Part shown: piece after piece, positions 30,173 to 38,061 of the stretch
Numbering within the stretch: the stretch's first letter is position 1
Layout: each line of letters starts with the position of its first letter
Assembly: GCA_963766885.1 (NCBI GenBank)
Contig: CAVYBO010000001.1
Location: forward strand, 132,352 to 196,351
Direction: 5' to 3'
From: an uncultured bacterium
Lineage (GTDB): Bacteria > Patescibacteriota > Minisyncoccia > Phycocordibacterales > CAIRYW01
DNA length: 64,000 bases
The notes under the pieces: generated by a model
Told to the model about the DNA's origin: nothing
Seen by the model: the letters and a program-made list of their open reading frames with translations, nothing else
The model's database searches: none
Program-made: the position numbers and the translations under genes

Positions 30173-30310
30173 ATGGATTTTGAAGAACTGGAAGAAAAAA
30201 TTGACTCTCTTGAAGAAGAAATTAGAGTCTTAAAAGACAAGGTTATGTGGATAGAAATTATCGGTTTTATCTACATTCTCATAGTTCTATTTATAACCCA
30301 TACTATTTAG
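30173..30310 (+). CDS. 45-aa coiled-coil + TM microprotein (MDFEELEEKIDSLEEEIRVLKDKVMWIEIIGF...)
   Basis: Manual translation; heptad pattern then hydrophobic tail; TGGTAAAAT upstream. Confidence 0.6.
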   Translation: MDFEELEEKIDSLEEEIRVLKDKVMWIEIIGFIYILIVLFITHTI

Positions 30311-30399
30311 GATAATTAACATAGTGTAGTTATTTTAAAAATTTAAGGTAAGAAGTAGATTTAACTTTACAAAACCATTTTTTATGAGATTATTTCCCC

Positions 30400-30999
30400 A
30401 TGGAATTTCAATGGCAATCTCTACATAATCTTGACTCCTATAGCTATCTTTGCGGCTACTGTGGTAATTCTTTAGCCTCAGCACTGGGTTATTCGGCGGC
30501 CCACTTTAATGTTCCAGGACTTCCTTCGGGTCGTCACGCGTTTATATACATATGTCATCATTGTCAGAAACCAACATTTTTTAACATAAATTACAGCGAA
30601 CAAACACCTGGTGTAAAATTTGGTAATTATGTAAAAGATATAACTGATGAAAAAGTAGCTTCTCTCTATGATGAAGCCAGAAGATGTTTTTCACAGAATG
30701 CTTTCACATCTGTTGTTTTAGCTTGTAGAAAACTTTTAATGCACATAGCCGTAGAGAAAGGTGCGCCGGCCGGAAAGAATTTTATTGAATATGTTGAATA
30801 TCTATCAACTCAAAATTATATTCCACCCGATGCAAAAGATTGGGTTGATCATATAAGAAAAAAAGGAAATGAAGCGAATCATGAAATTACGGTTATGTCT
30901 GAAGAAGATGCAAAAGATCTACTTGGTTTTTCAGAAATGCTACTGAAATTAGTGTATGAATTCCCGGCTAATATTAAGAAAAAAACAGCGAAACCTTAA
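30400..30999 (+). CDS. DUF4145 (HEPN-like) protein with N-terminal zinc ribbon
   Basis: CGYC and CHHC, LYDEARRC, CRKLL, IRKKGNEANH. Confidence 0.8.
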   Translation: MEFQWQSLHNLDSYSYLCGYCGNSLASALGYSAAHFNVPGLPSGRHAFIYICHHCQKPTFFNINYSEQTPGVKFGNYVKDITDEKVASLYDEARRCFSQNAFTSVVLACRKLLMHIAVEKGAPAGKNFIEYVEYLSTQNYIPPDAKDWVDHIRKKGNEANHEITVMSEEDAKDLLGFSEMLLKLVYEFPANIKKKTAKP

Positions 31000-31007
31000 T
31001 TTCAAAT

Positions 31008-31847
31008 ATGGAGGCAACAACATCAATCGCAATAGCTGATCTTATTAATTTGTCGCAAGGACTAGCTAGTACTAACCTAGGATATTTAGAAGTTGCTGTT
31101 GCTATAATTGCTATTATTATAGCATTATTGGGAACCGCTTTTTATGTTTTCAATTTTAAACCTCTAAAAGACCTACTTGATAAACAAGAGGATGCCATTA
31201 AAGATTTGAAGAAAGAGGTCAAAGATAGTTTTGATAAGGCAGAAGGGTCATTAAATAAAACTACCGCTGAATTTAAGGATAGTTATTCGAAGGAAATATC
31301 AACAACTTTAGAAAGTAGAGAAGAAAAACTTCTATCAGATGTTAAATCTCAGATAGCAATTTTAGATAAAAATTTATCTCAAAAAATTGAAGATGTTACA
31401 AAAATAAAAGATGATAACCTAAAAACCGTAGTCTTATCAGAGATTGGTAGCCAACTACGTGCTTTGGAAAAGAGTCTAATTGCCAACGTTGCTGAGTACA
31501 AAGAATCAAACATCAAAGAATTGTCTACATTAAAATCTGATTTAGATTCAGGTTTAAGAGAATTGAAAATGAAAGTTAAGGAATTAGAGGCTTTTAAATA
31601 CCACACTGAAGGAAAAATGGGAGGGATTCTATATTTAATGGATGTACTTGAAGATTATATTAAATATAAACCGCATTTACTTGAATTTAGGTTAGAAGAA
31701 ATCAAAGAAAGAATAGGTCAATACTCTTTAACTAAGGAAAGAAGTGACAGGTTAAAAGCAATTCTAAATAAAATAAAAGGTAAAGAGTACGATAAAATAA
31801 TTGCTGAAATTGAAAGCGCAATTGTCTTAGAAGAAGAAAAAAAATAA
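31008..31847 (+). CDS. Membrane-anchored coiled-coil hypothetical protein
   Basis: N-terminal TM followed by a long K/E/L-rich helical region; AT-rich. Confidence 0.7.
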   Translation: MEATTSIAIADLINLSQGLASTNLGYLEVAVAIIAIIIALLGTAFYVFNFKPLKDLLDKQEDAIKDLKKEVKDSFDKAEGSLNKTTAEFKDSYSKEISTTLESREEKLLSDVKSQIAILDKNLSQKIEDVTKIKDDNLKTVVLSEIGSQLRALEKSLIANVAEYKESNIKELSTLKSDLDSGLRELKMKVKELEAFKYHTEGKMGGILYLMDVLEDYIKYKPHLLEFRLEEIKERIGQYSLTKERSDRLKAILNKIKGKEYDKIIAEIESAIVLEEEKK

Positions 31848-31851
31848 TTTT

Positions 31852-32994
31852 CTAATGATGTGAATGGCCGCCGGAAGTTTTTTCTCCTGGTTTTAGGAAA
31901 TAGGTTGCGATGAGTGTGGTGATTGGTACGCAAAGGATTAGACCTATGGAGCCTATGAGAATTCGGACGATTTCTGTGGCAAAGATTTCTTTATTAATGG
32001 TGTAAGCCAATCCGTAAGTAGAACTTTGTGCCAAAAGCAGGATTGGAAGTGCTGCGCCCACGTAGGCGATTGCCAAAGTGTTGACCAACGCGCCGATGTG
32101 TTCGCGGCCAATGCGGATGGCGCGTTTGTAAATTTGCTTCTTGTTTACATTGCTATTCATTTCATTGCTGTGTGTATTTGCTGCATTCAATAATTCTTCC
32201 ACGGCCACAGCTTGGCCTATACTGATGTCGTAGAGCACTCCAAGAAGTCCAATCATAATTGCGCCAAAGAGAAGGCCAACCAAATCAATTGTGCCGCTGG
32301 AATTAAAATTCAAGAAAGAAGCTTCTTCACTGTTGTAGCCTGTCAGGTTGGCGGCGTGGATAAAATAATAGGCTGCGAGTCCTGTGATGATGACGGTGAT
32401 AATCATTCCCACAACTGCGGCTGAGGTGGTGCGGTTGAATCCGTGGGTGATGTATGAGCCGACGATTATGATGAGCGATGCAATACCTATGCTAAGAAAC
32501 GCGGGCGAGTATCCAGCAAGGATTCCTGGAATGAGGAGATAAAAAATAATAATCATACTGCCACAAAGGCTCACAAATCCGCGCACACCTTGGATGCCGC
32601 CAAAAATAATTGTCAGCGCTAAAAATATTAATGCCAAAACCAAAAGAACATTGAGGCGATATGGATCCGAAACAGAATACTCATCTTGATTGCCGTCGGT
32701 TGTGTGATGCAGATAAAACTCATCTCCGGTTTTGAGCTGCACGTAGTCGTTATCAAAAATAATTGTGCGGCCAGCATCAACTCCACTCATCACGTATGCT
32801 TTGAGAGTTTGGATTTGGGAAACTGTGTTTGTGCCAGCGACTGTAGAAGTGCCTTGATTTGAAACACCCACAACTTGAGCTTTTTCTATAACATCAAGCG
32901 TGCCTTGCGGGGCAGAAGTTGTGGCTGTTTGAGCGAAGGCGTTTGAGGCGTCAAAAATTAAAAACAAATAGAAAAAAATCAACGCGTTTTTCAT
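31852..32994 (-). CDS. YibE/F family membrane protein
   Basis: IGLLGVLYDIS, IGREHIGALVNTLAIAYVG, EIVRILIGSIG. Confidence 0.9.
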   Translation of the reverse strand: MKNALIFFYLFLIFDASNAFAQTATTSAPQGTLDVIEKAQVVGVSNQGTSTVAGTNTVSQIQTLKAYVMSGVDAGRTIIFDNDYVQLKTGDEFYLHHTTDGNQDEYSVSDPYRLNVLLVLALIFLALTIIFGGIQGVRGFVSLCGSMIIIFYLLIPGILAGYSPAFLSIGIASLIIIVGSYITHGFNRTTSAAVVGMIITVIITGLAAYYFIHAANLTGYNSEEASFLNFNSSGTIDLVGLLFGAIMIGLLGVLYDISIGQAVAVEELLNAANTHSNEMNSNVNKKQIYKRAIRIGREHIGALVNTLAIAYVGAALPILLLAQSSTYGLAYTINKEIFATEIVRILIGSIGLILCVPITTLIATYFLKPGEKTSGGHSHH

Positions 32995-33029
32995 TATTTT
33001 AGTATAACATTTTAGAATAATAAACTTCG

Positions 33030-33476
33030 CTATTCAGCTCTTGCAGAAGTTTGGTAGAGAGTAACAGCTTGTTCCAAAAGTTTATCTTTAGCAAAATCAA
33101 CGTCGGTATCGCCTTGCAATTCTTTTACGGCAACAAAGACAAAATTACTATTAACTCTTTTGTACATCTTTTTACTTGCCACAAGCGTCCTGACTTGGCA
33201 GTCATCGATATAAAGTTTTCCTTTTAAAGAATCTAAAACCGTTTTTGCCATATTATCCACATCTCGGGTATCGTAATCTTTCTTGAGCAGGAAGAATTGC
33301 AGTATAAAAACCACAACTTCTTTTTTGGATGGAAAAGTGGGCAGGTTTATTATTTCTCTGGTAATTGTTTTATCAACCAAAGTTTTAAATGCAGAAACTT
33401 TTTCACCCTCTCTGTCATCTTGCTTTGAGGGGATTATTTCAGTAAGTCCGAACCTGTAGTCAAAATATTTAGACAT
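33030..33476 (-). CDS. RusA-like endonuclease
   Basis: RDVDNMAKTVLDSLKG...DDCQV (DxDN-K-DD motif). Confidence 0.8.
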   Translation of the reverse strand: MSKYFDYRFGLTEIIPSKQDDREGEKVSAFKTLVDKTITREIINLPTFPSKKEVVVFILQFFLLKKDYDTRDVDNMAKTVLDSLKGKLYIDDCQVRTLVASKKMYKRVNSNFVFVAVKELQGDTDVDFAKDKLLEQAVTLYQTSARAE

Positions 33477-33632
33477 TTAATGCTTCTTTGCTTGAAATTT
33501 CACGCGAGTTTCAACAGGAACTTTTTCTTTTGCTACAAACTTAACTTTTTCTCCAGTCTTAGTGTAAAGACTCACCTGAACTGGCTTGTTTTTATATTGA
33601 GTTGCTATAAATGTTACAGTTTTTTTATTCAT
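33477..33632 (-). CDS. 51-aa basic beta-rich microprotein (MNKKTVTFIATQYKNKPVQVSLYTKTGEKVKFVAKEKVPVETRVKFQAKKH)
   Basis: Manual translation; its TAA abuts the ATG of the RusA-like gene. Confidence 0.7.
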   Translation of the reverse strand: MNKKTVTFIATQYKNKPVQVSLYTKTGEKVKFVAKEKVPVETRVKFQAKKH

Positions 33633-33742
33633 AGATTTAATTTAATTATATATCACTTTAAAATCAATTGAAAGATACTAATAATAACGTTTGTTTAGTG
33701 GAAAAGTTGCATAAAAAAATCGCTTCCCATTTGCATGAGAAG

Positions 33743-34024
33743 CTAGTGCGCCGGAGCGGGGATGAGGACTTTTTCGTGTTCGGTACCGTCTCCAAGACGG
33801 TAAACCTCGACGACTTCTCCGTTGGCCTTGCGGCCGACGCAGTTCTCCTGCTCTTGGAATAGGAAGCCGTAGTTTCCGTGGCCGAATTCAGCGGTCATAC
33901 GCTGGTTGAAGTCTTTCATTTCGTTGTTGGAGTCCCGGTCCACTTTCTTGAGTTCTTGAGGAATTCCATAGCCGAAAATCCAAATGCATGCGCCCAACAG
34001 TAAGACACAAAAGATCACTTTCAT
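33743..34024 (-). CDS. Hypothetical secreted or membrane-anchored protein
   Basis: N-terminal hydrophobic helix; higher GC. Confidence 0.55.
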   Translation of the reverse strand: MKVIFCVLLLGACIWIFGYGIPQELKKVDRDSNNEMKDFNQRMTAEFGHGNYGFLFQEQENCVGRKANGEVVEVYRLGDGTEHEKVLIPAPAH

Positions 34025-34123
34025 ATGCTTATAAACTACAATACTAATTACAAAAGTCAATATATTCAATAAAAATCTACATTTTAATTCAAACGTCTTT
34101 CAAAATATGCTAAACTAGCGCTT

Positions 34124-36700
34124 ATGTCAGTTTTGCAAACATTATTTGGCGATGCCACAGGCAAATTCATCAAAGCCGCTGAGCCGATAGTCAAAAAAAT
34201 AAACGATCTTGAGCCTGATTTTCAAAAGCTTACAGATGCTGAATTGAAACAGAAAACTGTTGAATTTAAAGAACGCTTAAATAAAGGAGAGACTTTTGAT
34301 GATATTTTGCCGGAAGCATTTGCTCTAGTGCGCGAAGCATCCAAGAGGACTTTGGGTTTGAGGCATTTTGACGTGCAGCTTATCGGAGGACTGGCGCTTC
34401 ACAAAGGAAAGATTGCCGAAATGCGCACAGGAGAAGGTAAGACATTGGTGGCAACATTGCCGCTGTATCTTAATGCCTTAAATGGAAAAGGTGTGCATTT
34501 GGTGACTGTGAACGATTATCTTTCTCGAAGAGACGCAGTCTGGATGGGACAGATTTTTGATTTTCTTGGACTTACTGTGGGAGTTATCAATCACGACTCT
34601 TCATATTTGTATGACTCAACGCACACAGAACTGGATGAAAAAAGAGATGAAGTGGCCACATACAAAGTCGTCTACGAATTTCTACGACCAATAACTAGAC
34701 CTGAAGCATACAGAGCAGACATTACTTATGGAACCAACAATGAATTCGGGTTTGATTATTTGCGCGATAATATTTCATATAACGTTACTGATTTAAGACA
34801 GAGAGAATTTGAATATGCGATTGTGGATGAGATTGACTCTATTTTGATTGATGAAGCAAGAACGCCTTTGATAATTTCTGGACCCGCTGCGCAGGCGGAA
34901 AATTTGTATGTGGTTTTTGCCAAGATTGCAGAAAAACTTCACGAAGGAGAAGATTTTGAAATTGATCACAAAAGGCGAACAGTGTCTTTGACGGACGCGG
35001 GAATTGAAAAAGCGGAAAAAGCCCTTGGAGTGGATAATATTTATACTGAAAAAGGAATCAAGTACGTGCATCATTTGGAAACTGCGGTCAAAGCCAAAGG
35101 GCTTTTTCATTTGGACAAAGAATACGTGGTGCGCGACGGCGAGGTGATGATTGTGGATGAATTTACAGGACGCATGCAGCCGGGCAGAAGATGGAGCGAA
35201 GGCTTGCATCAGGCAATTGAAGCCAAAGAAGGAGTAAAGATAAAAGAAGAAACTCGCACATACGCATCGGTGACATATCAAAATTATTTTAGACTCTACA
35301 AAAAACTTGCTGGAATGACAGGAACAGCCAAAACATCAGCGGAAGAGTTTATGAAAGTGTACAAGCTTGAAACAATTGAAGTGCCAACGCACGTGCAGGT
35401 GCAGAGAACGGATCATCACGATTTGATTTTCCAGAGCGAAGACGGCAAATTCAGCGCCATTGCAAAACGCGTCAAAGAAATTCATCAAAAGGGCCAGCCG
35501 ATTCTTATTGGTACGGTTTCGATTGATAGAAACGAACTTTTGAGCGAGAGATTGAGACGTGAAGGAATTCCTCACCAGATTTTGAATGCAAAAAATCACG
35601 AAAGAGAAGGTGAAATTATTGCAGGCGCAGGAAATAAAGGTGCTGTGACGATTGCCACAAACATGGCGGGAAGAGGAGTGGACATCAAACTTGGAGGATT
35701 GCCCTACAGTGATGAAAAGGCCGAGGAAGTCAAAAAACTTGGCGGACTTTTTGTGCTTGGAACAGAGCGACACGAAGCTAGAAGAATTGATAATCAGCTG
35801 CGAGGACGATCCGGACGACAGGGAGATTCTGGCGAGACGCAGTTTATGGTATCTCTAGAAGATAGTTTGATGAAAGCATTTCCAACCGACACAATCAAAA
35901 GAGTGATGCAGATGGGATTCCAACCTGATGAGCCGATAAAAAGCAGAATCGTGTCGCATTCTATTGAAAGCGCTCAGACCAAGATTGAAGGTTTGCATTT
36001 TGACGCCAGGAAACACGTGCTTGAATTTGACGATGTGCTGAACCATCAGCGAAGCGTGATTTACGGACGCCGCAGAAAAATTTTAACAGGAACAGAAGAA
36101 GACGTGCGCGAGGAACTTAATGAAATGTTATCAGGATCTCAGGGTCACAGTCTTCGTTCGCCGTTGGCGAAGTCGCCTGTGACGCCTTCGATCCTACCTA
36201 AAGCCGAGGAAGTGCAAGGATTCGAGTCTGTTTTGAAAGAAAAAGAAAAGCAAATTGGCACGGATGCTTTTGTTGCGGGTGTGCGGGCTTTGATGCTGCA
36301 AGCGATTGATTTTTTCTGGATGGATCACTTGGAGATGATGGATTATTTGCGAGGCAGTGTGAACTTGCGCGCATATGGCCAGAGAGATCCGCTTGTTGAA
36401 TACAAAAAAGAAGGACTGATTCTTTTCCGAAACATGGAAGTGTCAATTGCAAATATGGTTGCTGAAGCTCTGCCAAATATGTCTGGACCGATTAAATTGG
36501 AAGCAATCAAAAACACTGTAGAAGTCCACGAAGGACCAACTGCTGAAGCGCCTCAAGCTCCAAAACCGATAGCTGTAGAAGCTAAAGTTGGCCGAAACGA
36601 TCCTTGCCCCTGCGGAAGCGGAAAGAAATACAAAAAATGCGGGGAATTAAACACCGAAGAACACAGAAACCTGATGGCCCAGAAGATGGCAGGTAAGTAG
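34124..36700 (+). CDS. secA: Preprotein translocase subunit SecA
   Basis: MRTGEGKT, DEIDSILIDEARTPLIIS, QLRGRSGRQGD, SEC-C motif GRNDPCPCGSGKKYKKC. Confidence 0.98.
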   Translation: MSVLQTLFGDATGKFIKAAEPIVKKINDLEPDFQKLTDAELKQKTVEFKERLNKGETFDDILPEAFALVREASKRTLGLRHFDVQLIGGLALHKGKIAEMRTGEGKTLVATLPLYLNALNGKGVHLVTVNDYLSRRDAVWMGQIFDFLGLTVGVINHDSSYLYDSTHTELDEKRDEVATYKVVYEFLRPITRPEAYRADITYGTNNEFGFDYLRDNISYNVTDLRQREFEYAIVDEIDSILIDEARTPLIISGPAAQAENLYVVFAKIAEKLHEGEDFEIDHKRRTVSLTDAGIEKAEKALGVDNIYTEKGIKYVHHLETAVKAKGLFHLDKEYVVRDGEVMIVDEFTGRMQPGRRWSEGLHQAIEAKEGVKIKEETRTYASVTYQNYFRLYKKLAGMTGTAKTSAEEFMKVYKLETIEVPTHVQVQRTDHHDLIFQSEDGKFSAIAKRVKEIHQKGQPILIGTVSIDRNELLSERLRREGIPHQILNAKNHEREGEIIAGAGNKGAVTIATNMAGRGVDIKLGGLPYSDEKAEEVKKLGGLFVLGTERHEARRIDNQLRGRSGRQGDSGETQFMVSLEDSLMKAFPTDTIKRVMQMGFQPDEPIKSRIVSHSIESAQTKIEGLHFDARKHVLEFDDVLNHQRSVIYGRRRKILTGTEEDVREELNEMLSGSQGHSLRSPLAKSPVTPSILPKAEEVQGFESVLKEKEKQIGTDAFVAGVRALMLQAIDFFWMDHLEMMDYLRGSVNLRAYGQRDPLVEYKKEGLILFRNMEVSIANMVAEALPNMSGPIKLEAIKNTVEVHEGPTAEAPQAPKPIAVEAKVGRNDPCPCGSGKKYKKCGELNTEEHRNLMAQKMAGK
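36133..36195 (+). repeat. Palindromic element, copy A, in frame inside secA
   Basis: AGGAT-CTCAGGGTCACAGTCTTCGTTCGCCGTTGGCGAAGTCGCCTGTGACGCCTTCG-ATCCT; matches two copies in gatB. Confidence 0.9.
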
Positions 36701-36764
36701 CTGAGCACACCGTCAGTCTAGGCTTCGCCTATCACTTCTGAAACTGCCGCGAGAGCGGCAAACC

Positions 36765-36796
36765 GGCGGCTCGATTAATTTCGAGCCGCTATTTTT
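36765..36796 (+). terminator. secA intrinsic terminator
   Basis: GGCGGCTCGA-TTAATT-TCGAGCCGCT-ATTTTT. Confidence 0.75.
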
Positions 36797-36895
36797 ATAA
36801 TTAATTCTGCTTGACATCTGCAGCTTTTGTAAAAGTTTTTTGGTTTTTTGCACCCGAGAGACAAATAAATTCGAATAAAGTATTATGTACATACT

Positions 36896-38056
36896 ATGAT
36901 GACAGTGATTTTGCTCATTTATCTTTTTATTATGTTCTTTATCATATTCTTTACGATATTCCTGACATTTTTTTTAATTCTTCGATACAACCGTCGTTTA
37001 AAGGATAAAAAAAATAAAAAACATGAGCGAACTCTGGAGCGATACGAGGCTAACCCTGTCATAGCCCCGATTTCTTACAGAAAATGGGAAGACATGGGCA
37101 CATTTAATCCCGCTGCCATAAAAGACGACGAGGGATTTGTCCACCTGCTCTATCGCGCTGTTGGAAGCGATGGAGTGTCCACAATCGGCCATGCCAAAAG
37201 CCAGACTGAAGACGGATTAAAATTTAATAATAGAACAGCCTATCCAATATTTGTCTCAAGGCCGACAAGTTTCAAAGAAGACAATAAAAATAGTTTGGGA
37301 AATGCCTTGCAAATTTACAGTCCACACATGTATGCCTCTGGGGGTAGCTGGGGAGGAGCTGAAGATCCGCGAGCGGTGGTTATTGATGGTCGCGTTTACA
37401 TGACGTACACATCTTTTGACGGCTGGGAGTCTGTTCGAATTGCAGCCACATCAATTTCTATGGAAGATCTTAAGCAAGAGCGCTGGAATTGGAAGCAGCC
37501 GAGATTCATATCACCTCCTGGAGAAATAAATAAAAACTGGGTGCTTTTTCCAGAAAAAATAAACGGTAAATTTGCAGTGTTGCACAGCGTATCTCCGGAA
37601 ATAAAAATAGCTTATCTGGACAATCTAAATATTCAAGACAACAATTATATAGAGAGTTCAGCGCCATCCGGCGGCAGGGAGGGTAGCTGGGATAATTGGA
37701 TGCGCGGCGCAGGATCGCCGCCGATAAAGACGGTGCTCGGCTGGCTTGTTTTGTATCACGCTATGGACAAAAACGATCCAAACAAATACAAGCTCGGATG
37801 CATGGTCTTGGATCTTAAAAATCCAACCAAAATTCTTTACCGTTCTCCAACGCCGATAATGGAACCGGAAAAAGTTTATGAAAATGACTGGAAGCCCGGA
37901 GTGGTTTACGCTTCAGGAGCTTTGATTATTAAAGACGATCTTGTTGTATATTATGGAGGTGGCGATAAATATGTTTGCGTTGCCAAAACTCCACTCAAAC
38001 CGCTCTTAGCTTGGCTTGTAAATTATGGCCTGCCTGCGGAGGCAGGAAAAGTATAA
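36896..38056 (+). CDS. GH130 family glycoside phosphorylase/hydrolase with N-terminal TM anchor
   Basis: TFNPAA, LLYRA, GAEDPR, KNWVLFPEKI, WLVLYH, YYGGGD. Confidence 0.88.
   Translation: MMTVILLIYLFIMFFIIFFTIFLTFFLILRYNRRLKDKKNKKHERTLERYEANPVIAPISYRKWEDMGTFNPAAIKDDEGFVHLLYRAVGSDGVSTIGHAKSQTEDGLKFNNRTAYPIFVSRPTSFKEDNKNSLGNALQIYSPHMYASGGSWGGAEDPRAVVIDGRVYMTYTSFDGWESVRIAATSISMEDLKQERWNWKQPRFISPPGEINKNWVLFPEKINGKFAVLHSVSPEIKIAYLDNLNIQDNNYIESSAPSGGREGSWDNWMRGAGSPPIKTVLGWLVLYHAMDKNDPNKYKLGCMVLDLKNPTKILYRSPTPIMEPEKVYENDWKPGVVYASGALIIKDDLVVYYGGGDKYVCVAKTPLKPLLAWLVNYGLPAEAGKV
38029..38046. repeat. 18-bp REP-like palindrome translated in frame (LPAEAG)
   Basis: CCTGCCT-GCGG-AGGCAGG, GC-rich within an AT-rich gene end. 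Confidence 0.6.
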
Positions 38057-38061
38057 AAATC

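Noticed and set aside
30400-34024. Prophage or integrative element
   Set aside because: No integrase, att repeats or structural genes recognised
36701-36765. Hammerhead ribozyme
   Set aside because: CTGAGCA does not match the CUGANGA core, and the stems do not close a three-way junction
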